Counted from the first letter of the stretch, positions 1 to 14,228 are shown. The stretch: 64,000 nt of DNA from Eledone cirrhosa (GCA_964016885.1 OZ024763.1:24986001-25050000), one strand, 5' to 3'. A program made the numbers and translations. The notes: generated by a model from the sequence alone, not told the origin.

Positions 1-1203
1 GTATAGGAGCAGCTGTGATCTCTTAATTCAGAGAAGTAGCAGCTCCACCTGGAGTGACTCCAGCAATTCTTTCCTGAGACATTCTAACCACATGCCCATA
101 GTATAGGAGCAGCTGTGATCTCTTAATTCAGAGAAGTAGCAGCTCCACCTGGAGTGACTCCAGCAATTCTTTCCTGAGACATTCTAACCACAAGCCCATA
201 GTATCGGAGCTGTGATCTCTTAATTCAGAGAAGTAGCAGCTCCACCTGGAGTGACTCCAGCAATTCTTTCCTGAGACATTCTAACCACAAGCCCATAGTA
301 TCGGAGCTGTGATCTCTTAATTCAGAGAAGTAGCAGCTCCACCTGGAGTGACTCCAGTGATTCTTTCCTGAGACATTCTAACCACATGCCCATAGTATAG
401 GAGCAGCTGTGATCTCTTAATTCAGATAAGTAGCAGCTCCACCTGGAGTGACTCCAGCAATTCTTTCCTGAGACATTCTAACCACATGACCATAGTATAG
501 GAGCAGCTGTGATCTCTTAATTCAGAGAAGTAGCAGCTCCACCTGGAGTGACTCCAGTGATTCTTTCCTGAGACATTCTAACCACATGCCCATAGTATCG
601 GAGCTGTGATCTCTTAATTCAGAGAAGTAGCAGCTCCACCTGGAGTGACTCCAGTGATTCTTTCCTGAGACATTCTAACCACATGCCCATAGTATAGGAG
701 CAGCTGTGATCTCTTAATTCAGAGAAGTAGCAGCTCCACCTGGAGTGACTCCAGCAATTCTTTCCTGAGACATTCTAACCACATGCCCATAGTATAGGAG
801 CAGCTGTGATCTCTTAATTCAGAGAAGTAGTAGCTCTACCTGGAGTGACTCCAGCAATTCTTTCCTGAGACATTCTAACCACATGCCCATAGTATAGGAG
901 CTGTGATCTCTTAATTCAGAGAAGTAGCAGCTCCACCTGGAGTGACTCCAGCAATTCTTTCCTGAGACATTCTAACCACATGTCCATAGTATAGGAGCTG
1001 TGATATCTTAATTCAGAGAAGTAGCAGCTCCACCTGGAGTGACTCCAGCAATTCTTTCCTGAGACATTCTAACCACATGCCCATAGTATCGGAGCTGTGA
1101 TCTCTTAATTCAGAGAAGTAGCAGCTCCACCTGGAGTGACTCCAGCAATTCTTTCCTGAGACATTCTAACCACATGCCCATAGTATCGGAGCTGTGATCT
1201 CTC
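1..1203. repeat. 100/97-bp tandem repeat (~12 copies, truncated by window start) derived from a LINE RT C-terminal segment
   Basis: Unit start gtata/cggagc recurs at 1, 101, 201, 298; units differ by a 3-bp cag indel; minus strand encodes QLRYYGHVVRMSQERI. Confidence 0.9.
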
Positions 1204-1320
1204 AATTGGGAGAAGTAGCAGCTCAACCAGGAGTGACTCTCTGATCTCCGAGTTACAAATCTGTCCAGTGATTCTTTCCTGAGACATTCTAACCACAAGC
1301 CCATAGTATCGGAGCAGTGA
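1105..1320 (-). mobile_element. RTE-like LINE ORF2 C-terminal remnant
   Basis: NSEIRESLLVELLLLPIERSQLRYYGHVVRM resembles the N..IR....QLRW.GHV.RM motif downstream of RTE-clade RT domains. Confidence 0.7.
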
Positions 1321-1724
1321 TGTTAAAGTTAAAGAAGAAAGATGCTAACTCCATATTTAATCCCAATGCACGTTTCATTACTTGATGAGATCAATTCTTG
1401 CCGGGAACAAGATAACATCTCCTCTTCTATGGGTGGAGGAGGATGAGAAGAGATCAATAAAAAGTATACAAAGTCATGTATTGGGAAATCAGTTTAATCG
1501 ACTGTATACCCCCATCTCCTACCATCCCCCACACCAAATGCTTGTGTCCACGTGATATCTATGCAGAACATGTAATATATCTGATCCCAATATGTGTAAC
1601 CTTCATGTTCTGAGTTCAACTCCCCGCCGTCTTCCTATTTCAAATCATGCTTTAGAAGGTCGACCATGAAATAGAAAAAAAATCTCAATCACGCACGGAA
1701 GATCAATATAATCGAATATAAACC

Positions 1725-2415
1725 CTCTTTATCTTTCCTCTCGTCCCTTTCTCTCTTTTTCTCTTCCTCCCTTCCTCTCTCTTCCTCCCTTCCTCTCTCT
1801 CTCTCTCTCTCTCTTCCTCCCGCTCTCTCTCTCTCTCTCTTCCTCCCTTCCTCTCTCTCTTCCTCTTTCTCTCTCTCTCTCTTCCTCCCTCCCTTCCTCT
1901 CTCACTCCCTTCCTCTCTTTCCCTCGTTCTCCCTTCCTCTCGTTCTTTCTTCCTCCATTCCTCTTTCCTTCCCTTCCCCTCTTCCACATTCCTCTCTCAC
2001 TCCCTCTCATTCTCTCCTTCCCTCGTTCTCCCTTCCTCTCGTTCTTTCTTTCTCTTTCCCTCGTTCTCTCTTCCTCTCTTCCCCCCCTTCCATCTTCCTC
2101 TCTCACTCCGTTCCTCTCTTCCTCCATCTCTTCCTCTCTTCCTTCCTTCCTTCCTCCCTCCCTCTCTTCCTCCCTCCCTCTCTTCCTCCCTCCTCTCTTC
2201 CTCCCTCCTCTCTTCCTCTCTTAATTCCTCCCTTCCCCTCCCTCTCTTCCTTTGTTCCTCCATAACTTTTCCTCCACCCCCTTCCACCTTCCTCTCACTC
2301 CCTTCCTCTCATTCTTTCTTTCCCTCGTTCTCCTCTCCTCTTTTCCTTCCTCCCCCTTTCCCTTCCTCTCTCTCTCTCTCTTCCTCTCTCCCTCCATTCC
2401 TCCCTTCTTCGCTAC
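1725..2415. repeat. Polypyrimidine (CT/CCT-rich) low-complexity tract
   Basis: Almost exclusively C/T on + strand. Confidence 0.9.
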
Positions 2416-2464
2416 TCCATGACATTTGCGACGATATGTCGTTTGGTGCGAACTTCAGTTCTGA

Positions 2465-2935
2465 ACACAAACACACACATATACACACACACACATACAC
2501 CTACACTCACATACACTCATACACACATACACTCACACACACACACACACCTACACTCACATACACACACACACACATACACCTACACTCACATACACTC
2601 ACACACACATACACTCACACACACACACACACCTACACTCACATACACTCACACACACATACACTCACACACACATACATACACCTACACTCACATACAC
2701 TCACACACACACACTCACACACACATACTCCTACACTCACACTCACATACACACGCATACACATACACACACACACACACACATACACACACACACATAC
2801 ACATATATAGACAGACAGACAGACAGATGGTTAGATAAACAGATAGAGAGAAAGACAGAGAAGTAGGTAGATAGATAAACAGACAGATAGATGGTTAGTT
2901 AAACAGTGGTAGATGGTTTCATAGATAGATAGATA
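2465..2935. repeat. (CA)n-derived minisatellite followed by (GATA/GACA)n
   Basis: acacctacactcacatacactc repeats, then agat/agac repeats. Confidence 0.85.
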
Positions 2936-3364
2936 TAATCCTAAATATACGTAAACACAACGATGTAGATACGAATGTCGAGTTTAAAATAATCACCGTA
3001 ATTTGATGTGATATATTACATTGGAGATATAATCAGAAATTCTAGACTCAAATAATTCACCTTTAGCCATTAACTTACACACATATATATATATGACTTT
3101 CTAGACATACATGTATATATACATGCATATATAGACATATATATATATAGACATATATATAGAGACATATATATATATAGATATATATAGACTTATATAT
3201 TTAGGGTGTACCGAAAACGATAAATGGAAAAAATGAAATTTTATTTCTCACACTTAGTACGGCTGATACTTAAATGTAAATATGTATACGTACATACATA
3301 TATGTATACAGACGTACACTAGTATGTATATACATACATATATAGATATATGTACGTATGGGTT

Positions 3365-3640
3365 TACCGAACATTTATTATAATGTTCGGTTTGTTTGTA
3401 AACAAACGGCCCGAATTAGTAGCCGTACAGTGTTCAGCAACCATCGTTGCCATTTTGTTCAACACTGACCAAAGAACGATGAACTAGTTTCTAGCTTATT
3501 AGCTGTCATCAGCGCCGTATACCTTCCTGTCAGACGATTGAACATTTGAAAGTATATACTTTCCTTATGCATATTAACGGCTGAGCAGTCTAATTTGCAT
3601 ATCGAGTGAGTTAGTCGGTCGGCTGTACCGTAAACGAGTG
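3365..3640 (-). mobile_element. Small HHR-bearing dispersed element, family A
   Basis: Homologous to 5600-5800 (gtaaacaaacggcccga) and 30525-31070 (ggctga.cagtc, atttgcat). Confidence 0.6.
3476..3518 (-). ncRNA. Type I hammerhead ribozyme motif (minimal, partly decayed)
   Basis: Minus strand: acggcg CTGATGA c-agct-aata-agct-a GAAA ctag TT catcgt; palindromic CTAG at stem III; one mismatch in stem I. Confidence 0.65.
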
Positions 3641-3944
3641 AGAAATTTTTACGTTCGTATCTGTTTTTTTTTTCTTTCTATTTTTGGTTATTTTGGCAGT
3701 TTTTTTTTTGTTTTTTTTTATTCTTTCTTCCCTCTCCTCGCAGTTCCGTATGTCTTCTATTGACTATGGACTGTCATATTGATTACATTTAGTCGATAAC
3801 CACACCAACAGATTGTGTATATGTGTGTATATATGTATATATATATATACGCACACTTAGATACATATATGTCCACAAAGAATATATATATAGTTATTCA
3901 TACGTAAATACATGTACACATATTTAATTTCCTTTCATTCGTTT

Positions 3945-4073
3945 ACATTTATATATATATATGTAATATATATATTATATATATATATATATATTTATAT
4001 ATATTATATATATATAAATTATATATATATTATATATATTATATATATATATATTATATATATTATATATATA

Positions 4074-4136
<63 letters not shown>

Positions 4137-4160
4137 ATATATATAATATATATATATAAT

Positions 4161-4205
<45 letters not shown>

Positions 4206-4213
4206 ATATATAT

Positions 4214-4245
<32 letters not shown>

Positions 4246-4251
4246 AATATA

Positions 4252-4328
<77 letters not shown>

Positions 4329-4352
4329 ATATATATAATATATATATATATA
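3945..4352. repeat. (TA)n microsatellite; many further (TA)n/(TG)n tracts are scattered through 4.4-33.7 kb
   Basis: Direct inspection. Confidence 0.95.
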
Positions 4353-4423
4353 TTCTTACATCCTGTCATCGTATTATATTTAATTGTGTATTTAACCAGT
4401 GATTGATTCCCCCTCTCTCTCTC

Positions 4424-4474
<51 letters not shown>

Positions 4475-4522
4475 TATATATATATATATATATATGGAGA
4501 GATATTATATATATATATATAT

Positions 4523-4677
4523 AATGGTGGAATTTTATTAAGGAAAGCATTGGCCGCCATGTTGGAGAATATTTACATGGATCAGATTCACAGAGATATC
4601 CGGTGATCTGTCAGACAATTATATCGATTAGATATAGATAGATTAGATATTGAAGAGCATGTGTAAAAGAGCACGAG

Positions 4678-4738
<61 letters not shown>

Positions 4739-4787
4739 TATACCTACATACATACACACGTGTGTGTGTATATATATAAAGAGGGCC

Positions 4788-4826
<39 letters not shown>

Positions 4827-4827
4827 A

Positions 4828-4861
<34 letters not shown>

Positions 4862-5120
4862 TCCTCTTTATATATATACACACACACACGTGTATGTATG
4901 TAGGTATACATATGTGTGTGTATATATATATATATATATATGTGTGTGTATATATATATAAACCTCTCGTTCTCTTTTACACATGCTCTTCAATATCTAA
5001 TCTATCTATATCTAATCGATATAATTGTCTGACAGATCACCGGATATCCCTGTGAATCTGATTCATGTAAATATTCTCCAACATGGCGGCCAATGCCTTC
5101 CTTAATAAAAGTCCACCATT
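4523..5120. repeat. ~600-bp fold-back palindrome; unique arms 4523-4680 and 4963-5120
   Basis: aatggtggaattttattaagg...gcacgagagg versus cctctcgttc...ccttaataaaagtccaccatt; inner aagagggccata/tatggtcctctt also inverted. Confidence 0.92.
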
Positions 5121-5550
5121 CTTCTAGAAGGTTTACCAAGTTCCAGCCTCTACGAATGATCTCATTGATTCCACAAAAATTGAATATGTATGTATATGTG
5201 TGTGTCTGTATGTGTGTGTGTGTATGTAGCTATGTGTGTATGTGTGTGTGTGTGTATGTGTGTATGTATGAATGTGGGTGTGTGTGTGTATGTATTTGTG
5301 TTTGTATGTATGTGTGTGTTTGTATCTGTATGTATCTCTGTATGTGTATGTATGTGTGTGTATGTATGTATGTGTTGTGTGTTTATGTATCTCTCTCTAT
5401 ATATATTTATATGTTTGTATTCATATGTAGTGTACAGGTGTGTATATATATTAGTTTGTATGTATGTTTGAATATATATATATATATACACACATCAAAT
5501 CATACATACATGTATATATATATATATATATATGTGTATGTATGATTTGA

Positions 5551-5581
<31 letters not shown>

Positions 5582-5722
5582 GTACGTACGTATGTGTTAT
5601 ATCGAACATTAATAAAAAAATATATATATATATTCGATTCGTCTGTAAACAAACGGCCCGATTAAAACTGTACCTCGCCCATGACAAATCGTTGTCCGTT
5701 TGTCCAACACTGGCTTTGAGGA

Positions 5723-5765
5723 ACAATCAACATATTTCTTGGTCATTGCCCCTCATCGGGACTGT
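5723..5765 (-). ncRNA. Type I hammerhead motif, family A (U4C core, weak stem II)
   Basis: Minus strand: acagtc CCGATGA ggggcaatgaccaa GAAA tatg TT gattgt; 6-bp stem I including one G-U. Confidence 0.55.
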
Positions 5766-6810
5766 ATACCTCTGCCACTCCTTTGAACGGTTGAAAATAT
5801 ATAGTATTAATATAGTATTATAGTACACACCTACAGAGCTCAAATTTAATTAGTGTCTGCTGAAAAGTTTTAATCGCTACCTTAGGTTTCAAAGCATGTC
5901 TTTATATAAACCCAAAATTGTATTAATGTCCAAACTGGGACTACTTGATGTCAGATGAGTGTTTAAGATGGCTGACATTATTTCATGCAGAAACAAAGCT
6001 AAGCTGGGTCTTAACAGCTACGACCATTACAAGAACAACAACAACAACAACAACAATGCCAAGACTAGTAATGATGATAACGACGAGAACAACAACAACA
6101 ATGAAGGCTGCGATGACGAGGAAGAAAAGAAACACTAGAACTCTCAAAATATGGCGTACAAAATATATCTGCCATTACTCAGGACCGAAGAAAGAAAGAG
6201 GGAAGGAAAGAAAGAAAGAGAGAAAATAGAAAGAAAGAAAGGAGGGAAAGAAAGAAAAAGAGGGAAAAGAAAGAAAAAAGAAGGAAAAAAAAAGAAAGAA
6301 AAAGTAAAGAAAGAAAGAGTTGACAATTGATAAGGAAATATCTAATTTCTGCAAGACTAGGATTTCTACATTGTCATATTTTTATTTTCGGCCACTGGGT
6401 ATTGCTGGTCTTGTGCCAAAAGTAGAAATAATTATTAAATATATCCTCTATATATATATATATATATGTGTGTGTGTATATATATGTGTGTAGGTGTGTG
6501 TGTGTGTATATATATATGTGTGTAGGTGTGTGCGTGTGTATATATGTGTGTGTGTATGTATATTTATATACATATGCGTGTGTGTATGTATTTATATATG
6601 TGTGTGTGTGTGTATGTGTGTATTTATATATGTGTGTGTATGTGTATTTATATATATATGTGTGTGTGTGTGTGTCTGTGCATGTGTATTTATATATACA
6701 AATGTATATATATATGTGTGTGTGTGTGTATTTATATATAAAAATGTATGTTTTTGTGTATGTATATTTATATATATATATATAAATGTATATGAGTGTA
6801 TTTATATATG

Positions 6811-7166
<356 letters not shown>

Positions 7167-7395
7167 CACACATATATATATATGTATATACATATGAATA
7201 TATAAATACACAGACACACACACACATATATATAAATACACATACACACATATATATATATATATAGAGAGAGAGAGAGGGAGATAGTTATATATATACA
7301 CACAGAATGGTTTTCCGTAAAAGAAAATTTTGAATTTAGACTTTGATATTATGTATGCATGTACGTATCTATGTGTATAGATATATATATATATT

Positions 7396-7428
<33 letters not shown>

Positions 7429-7566
7429 ATAATATATATGTATGTATGTATAATGTATATGTATGTATAATGTATATATATATATGTATATATATATATG
7501 TATATATATATATATGTATATATATATGTATATATATGTATATATATATGTATATATATGTATATA

Positions 7567-7639
<73 letters not shown>

Positions 7640-7904
7640 GTATGTATAATGTATATATATATATATAATGTATATATATATATATAATGTATATATATGT
7701 ATATATATGTATGTATAATGAATAATGTGTATATATAGGTATAATGTATATATATATATAATGTATATATATGTATATATATAATGAATAATCTGTATAT
7801 ATAGGTATAATGTATATATATATATATATATGTGGGTGTGTGTAATGTATATATATATATGTGGGTGTGTGTAATGTATATATATGTATATATGTATGTG
7901 TATG

Positions 7905-7983
<79 letters not shown>

Positions 7984-8235
7984 GCGTATGTATATAGCAG
8001 AAATCTATACAGAAATCTGAATCAGTTTCCATTCCAACCAGTGACGGCCAAAGAAATTATACAAAACAAGGCAAGGAAAACAATACCCAAAGAAAGATTT
8101 TCATTTTCATAATTAAATATGAATCTTGTTGGCAGTCAGATAAAAACCCATATAGCTACCACTCTCCCCTATACACACGTATATACACACGTGTTTGTGT
8201 ATATATATATATATGTATATGTATATGTATATATG

Positions 8236-8278
<43 letters not shown>

Positions 8279-8355
8279 TCATGGGTACTCATATACGGCA
8301 TATACTCATATACGCCCAATGTATACATTCACATACACATATATGTGTGTGTATG

Positions 8356-8398
<43 letters not shown>

Positions 8399-8583
8399 AT
8401 ATATATATATGCATATAAATATGTATATATATGTATATATGTATGTGTATGTATAATATATATATATATATATATATATGCATATAAATATGTATATATA
8501 TATATATATATATGCATATAAATATGTATATATATATATATATATATATATGCATATAAAAAAATATATATATATATATATGC

Positions 8584-8622
<39 letters not shown>

Positions 8623-8867
8623 TATAAATATATATATATGTATATATATATATATGTGTGTGTATTTATGTATTTATATGTATATATAAATACACATATA
8701 CACACACATTTTGGCGCATACATATATATATATATGTGTGTGTGTGTGTACACACATATATGTGTATGTATTTATATATATATATATATATATATCATAT
8801 AAATACATACTTATATACACATGTGTAATACATGTCTGTATTTATAATATACATATATATATATAAT

Positions 8868-8900
<33 letters not shown>

Positions 8901-9242
8901 CATAGAAATACATGCTTATATACATATATCTATAATATATATATATATATATATATGGCATGTAGTGTAGGTATATAATATATATACATTATCTATGCCA
9001 TTTGCTATACAGTTTCGTAGATATTTCCAATTATATCTACATAATTTGCTCTTTATATTATTTTAGATTTAAAGAGGAGGAAATAAGCTGGCCAACTGCC
9101 AAGAAGCTTCAAAGACAATAAAAATATTTAAAACAAAATATTAACAAAGTCTTCCTCATTTGATAGAAGATTCTATTGGTTATACTGGTGCTTTTACTTC
9201 CGTAGGGTTGTTGTAGGTTTTAGTATATATATATATATATAT

Positions 9243-9276
<34 letters not shown>

Positions 9277-9280
9277 ATAT

Positions 9281-9337
9281 CAGAATTAGCCGTCGAAACG
9301 GTTTGAGCTCAGCCGTCGGGGTCCTACTCGTTCCTAT
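9281..9337 (+). mobile_element. Family C element fragment carrying the 3' half of an HHR
   Basis: cgtc GAAA cggtttgagctcagccg TC ggggtcc; homologous to 26131-26277 and 30280-30510. Confidence 0.55.
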
Positions 9338-9749
9338 GGATATATGTATATATAGGTGTGTATATATATGTATATGTATGTATATTTATATGTATGTATA
9401 TGTATGTATATTTAAATATATATATATTTATATATATATATGTATATTTGTATGTATATTTATATTTATATATATGTATATATATATGTATGTATGTATT
9501 TATATATGTATGTATATCTATCTACGTTTGTATGTATGTATGTATATATATATATATGTATGTATGTATGTATTTGTGTATTTATTTACGTGTATATATG
9601 TGTTTGTGTGTGAATATGTATATATATATATATTTGTGTGTGTGTGTGTTATTATTGTTGTTGTTGTTGTTATCTATATCATCTGTGTCATTTTCACCAT
9701 CATCATCATCAACTATATGACTCAAATCTTCGTCATTGCATTCCTCGTA

Positions 9750-10492
9750 TATCCTCACCGCCGCCACCACGACCATTACACCACCGCCATGATGATGTCA
9801 TCATCGCCACCAACACGATTGCCGCCACCACCGATACCACTACAACCACCGCCGCCGCCGCCGCCATTACCTCCACCATCACCACTACCGCCACCACCAC
9901 CGCCATTATCATCATCCCTATCATGATGTCGTCAACACCGTTACCGACACCACTACACCACTACCGTCACAACTACAACACCGCCAACAACACTACGCCC
10001 GCCGCTATCGCCACCACCATCACTACCTCCGCCACCACCACCATCACTACACCACTACCGTCACAACTACAACACCGCCAACAACACTACGCCCGCCGCT
10101 ATCACCACCACCACCACTACCTCCGCCACCACCACTACCGTCACCACACTACACCGCCAACAACACTACGCCCGCCGCTATCACCACCTCCATCACCACC
10201 TCCGCCACCACCACTACCGTCACCACACTACACCGCCAACAACACTACGCCCGCCGCCACCACCACTACCTCCGTCACCACCACCACCAGCGCCACTACA
10301 TCGCCAACAACACTACGCCCGCCGCCCCCACCACCACCATCACTACCTCCGTCACCACCATCACCAGCGCCACTACACCGCCAACAACACCACGCCCGCC
10401 ACCACCACCACCGCCATCACTACCTCCGCCACCATCACTACCGCCACCACCACCACCAGCGCCACTACATCACCCTACACCGCCACCACCAT
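9750..10492. repeat. (ACC/GCC)n-derived minisatellite
   Basis: Recurring caccgccaacaacactacgcccgccg unit embedded in ACC runs. Confidence 0.88.
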
Positions 10493-10580
10493 TAATATTC
10501 CTCTTGGTCCTTCTTATTGTCTGTTTCAACTAAAATATCTCATTGGAGATAATAATAGCTTTTAATGGAACTAATGGAGT

Positions 10581-12030
10581 TATGGTGGTGGTGGTGGTGG
10601 TGGTGGTGGTGATGGTGGTGGTGGTGGTGGTGGTGGTGGTCTTGGTGGTGGTGGTGATGGTGGTGGTGGTGGTGGTGGTGATGGTGGTGGTGGTGGTGGT
10701 GGTGGTGGTCTTGGTGGTGGTGGTGATGGTGGTGGTGGTGGTGGTGGTGATGGTGGTGGTGGTGGTGATGGTGGTGGTGGTGGTGGTGGTCTTGGTGGTG
10801 GTGGTGGTGGTGGTGATGGTGGTGGTGGTGGTGGTGGTGATGGTGGTGGTGGTGGTGGTGGTCTTGGTGGTGGTGGTGGTGGTGGTGGTGATGGTGGTGG
10901 TGGTGGTGGTGGTGGTGGTGATGGTGGTGGTGGTGGTGGTGGTGGTCTTGGTGATGGTGGTGGTGGTGGTGGTGGTGGTGGTGGTGATGGAGGTGGTGGT
11001 GGTGGTGGTGGTGATGGTCTTGGTGGTGGTGGTGGTGGTGGTGATGGAGGTGGTGGTGGTGGTGGTGGTCTTGGTGGTGGTGGTGGTGGTCTTGGTGGTG
11101 GTGGTGGTGATGGTGGTGGTGGTGGTGATGGAGGTGGTGGTGGTGGTGGTGGTCTTGGTGGTGGTGGTGGTGATGGAGGTGGTGGTGGTGGTGGTCTTGG
11201 TGGTGGTGGTGGTGGTGGTGATGGAGGTGGTGGTGGTGGTGGTGGTGGTGGTGGTGGTCTTGATGGCGGTGGTGGTGGTGGTGGTGGTGGTGGTGGTCTT
11301 GGTGGTGGTGGTGGTGGTGGTGGTGGTCTTGATGGCGGTGGTGGTGGTGGTGGTGGTGGTGGTCTTGGTGGTGATGGTGGTGGTGGTGGTCTTGATGGCG
11401 GTGGTGGTGGTGGTGGTGGTGGTGGTGGTGGTGGTGGTGGTGGTGGTCTTGATGGCGGTGGTCTTGATGGCGGTGGTCTTGATGGCGGTGGTGGTAAGGT
11501 GATGGTGGTTGTGGTGGTGGTAGTGATCTTGGTGGTGATGGTGGTTATGGTGGTGTTCTCGATGGCGGTGGTGGTGGTCTTGGTGGCGGTGGTGGTAAGG
11601 TGATGGTGGTTATGGTGGTGGTGGTGGTCTTGATGGTGGTGGTGGTAAAGTGATGGTGGTTATGGTGGTGGTCTTGATGGTGATCTTGGTGGTTATGGTG
11701 GTTACGGTGGTAGTGGTAAGGTGATGGTGGTGATGGTAGTTACGGTGGTGGTCTTGATGGTGGTGGTAAGGTGATGGTGGTTATGGCGGTGGTAAGGTGA
11801 TGGTGGTTATGGCGGTGGTAAGGTGATGGTGGTTATGGCGGTGGTAAGGTGATGGTGGTTATGGCGGTGGTGGTTATGGTGGTGGTGGTTATGGTGGTGG
11901 TGTTATGATACTGGTGTTTGTGGTTGTGGTAATGTTGCTGGTGGTGGTGGTGGTGGCGGATACTGCTGGTGATGGTGGGAGGTAGCTGTAGTGGTAGTAG
12001 TGGGAGGTAGCTGTAGTGGTAGTAGTGGGG
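10581..12030. repeat. (GGT)n trinucleotide array with GAT/CTT interruptions
   Basis: Direct inspection; source of the poly-Val ORF. Confidence 0.95.
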
Positions 12031-12142
12031 GAGATCAGTTCTCTTCAGAGTAGTCTGTACTGACATTTTATTTGTCAATCCGAAGAAAGCCGTTTCGATA
12101 CCTGCTTTAATTTTGGAGGTTTTCAGGTTGTCCCTGTATGTT

Positions 12143-12177
<35 letters not shown>

Positions 12178-12199
12178 CTCTCTCCTGTAATCTTGTAAG

Positions 12200-12600
12200 G
12201 ATTAACACTCTTCAATTGATCCTGCTGGATCCCCAAAGTGAGACCACGCGAGCTCATGAATTTTATCCAACCATCTTGCTTGGAGTGAACCCCTGGGTCT
12301 CCTGCTAGTTGGTTTTGCTCGTAAAATATGTCCAGCGATTCTTTTCTTGAGATTTTCTATTCCCATGCCCTTAATATCAGAGCCGTGATCTTCCAAATCT
12401 CTCCAGTTATACTTTCCTGGGACATTCTAATCACATGCCCGTAATATCAGATCTGTAATCTCCCAAATCTATCCAGTGATTCTTTCCTGAGCTGCCCAGT
12501 GATTCTTTCCTAAGACACTCTAACCATATGTATGTAATATCGGAGCTGTGATCTCACAAATCTGTCCAGTGATACTTTCCTGAAACATTCTAACCTCATA
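12200..12600 (-). mobile_element. RTE-like LINE 3' remnant, same family as the 1-1320 repeat
   Basis: ILRAKPTSRRPRGSLQARWLDKI resembles the G.R.RGRP..RW.D motif; gacattctaa.cacatgccc and ccagtgattctttcctgag are shared with 1-1320. Confidence 0.7.
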
Positions 12601-12794
12601 TCCTTTAATTGTATTATTGCGCAAGATTCGATCTCCTCTGTTGAACAATACCACACAGATACGGTGCAATTTTTTATGCATTTCACGATAACATCTGGTG
12701 TGATTGATTCGCTGACATCCAGAGAGATGTGGTGGAGGAATTAATCGAGACAGTCACCATAACCTACTTTTTGTGCAAGTTTGGTTTTGGAAGT

Positions 12795-12845
12795 TCTTGT
12801 GTGATGACCCTGTGAGAGTGCAGGTGAAACTCCAGAGTAACAAGG
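12795..12845 (+). ncRNA. Type I hammerhead motif, family D (C3G mutated, probably inactive)
   Basis: tcttgt GTGATGA c-cctgt-gagagt-gcagg-t GAAA ctc-ca-gag TA acaagg. Confidence 0.6.
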
Positions 12846-12930
12846 CTCACCACTTAGCCATAATAAATGAATATGTCATCTCTCCTTCGGTATTGAGTAT
12901 TCATTCTCACGCCCGTGTCTGTGAATGTTA

Positions 12931-12961
<31 letters not shown>

Positions 12962-12978
12962 ATAGATAGATAGATATG

Positions 12979-13345
12979 TTTCTTTATTAGCCACAGGGGC
13001 ACAAAAGAAGGGGACAAATACAAAGGGGGAAGTTTACATACAATAAAAACGTGTAAAATGTTATCGCAAATGCAATTTAAAATTTTTTAGTCGATTTTCC
13101 CCAATAGGGGGAGACAGTTCATATGGGTAAAAATGTGAAAAAATGTGAAACCCTCATCTCCAGGAGTACGAAGAGTTTGTACTCCTTTCCTCTCCTCCTC
13201 CTTTTCCTCAACCTACAGGCTGATATAGAGAGAAGGCCCATTCACTCGGGACATTCTCGCCACTTTCACCCACATTTCATAAAACTTGCTGGGGTACAGC
13301 ACCTCTCTCTCCATCCTGATTCTTCTTCTAAAGTGGTATTTGAAA
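12979..13345 (-). mobile_element. Tx1/L1-like LINE 3' end
   Basis: Homologous to 33923-34870 (tttctttatt.gccaca, ccccaataggggg, agagaaggccca.tcactcggg); AATAAA on minus strand next to (GATA)n. Confidence 0.6.
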
Positions 13346-13599
13346 AAAAGGAATCAGATAGATAGATAGATAGATAGATAGATTGATAGATACACACACA
13401 TACATACTGTAGTAAAAGTTAGGTGGAAATATCCAAATGACGAGTTTTTCCTTTTTTTTATTTTCCTATGACAGGCTGAATGAGTTGGGGTCCAGGACCC
13501 AACGAAACTTAAGTACCTGTTTATGTTACTGTTGTAATTATGTGTGTATTTGACCACTGTGAGTAAAGAGTGCTCTATACCGAAGTACAGTGCAAATAT

Positions 13600-13716
13600 T
13601 TATTTTATTAGAGCTAACTCTGGAGTTTCGCCTGTTTATCACAGGGTCATCAGACATTGATAAACAAGCCAAACTCCAGAGTAACAAGACACTATTTAGC
13701 TGTAATAAAATGAATA
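13600..13716. mobile_element. Family D element: inverted HHR head (minus, 13616-13656) fused to a direct fragment
   Basis: Minus strand: tgt CTGATGA c-cctgt-gataa-acagg-c GAAA ctc-ca-gag T; then + strand aaactccagagtaacaag...taataaaatgaatat as at 12827-12873. Confidence 0.65.
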
Positions 13717-13997
13717 TATATATTAATAGAATATATATATATATATATATTCATTCATATATATATATATATATTCATTCATATATATATATTCATTCAT
13801 ATATATATATATATATTCATTCATATATATATATATTTATATATTTATATTCATTCATGTATATATATATATATATATTTATATTCATTCATATATATAT
13901 ATTTATTCTATTAATACATATATATGAATGAATATATATATGAATGAATATATATATGAATGAATATATATATATATTCATTCATATATATTCATTC

Positions 13998-14056
<59 letters not shown>

Positions 14057-14196
14057 GTGTATATATATATATATATATTGATTAACGATGTAGAGGTATT
14101 GGAAAGTTTAAAAATATTTTACGCGACAAACTGTAAGAGCAGCCAAAGTCTCTCTCGCTCTCTCCCTCTCTCGCTCTCTCTCTCTCTCGCTCTTCT

Positions 14197-14228
<32 letters not shown>

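Noticed and set aside
1-1203. CRISPR or coding tandem repeat
   Set aside because: Units are head-to-tail without spacers; lengths of 100/97 bp are not multiples of 3 and contain stops
9267-11502. Mucin/His-Pro-rich and poly-Val ORFs
   Set aside because: Trinucleotide repeat read-through; no splice or domain evidence
12085-12135. Possible hammerhead on minus strand (ctgaaaa...gaaacggc)
   Set aside because: G8 missing and no stem I pairing
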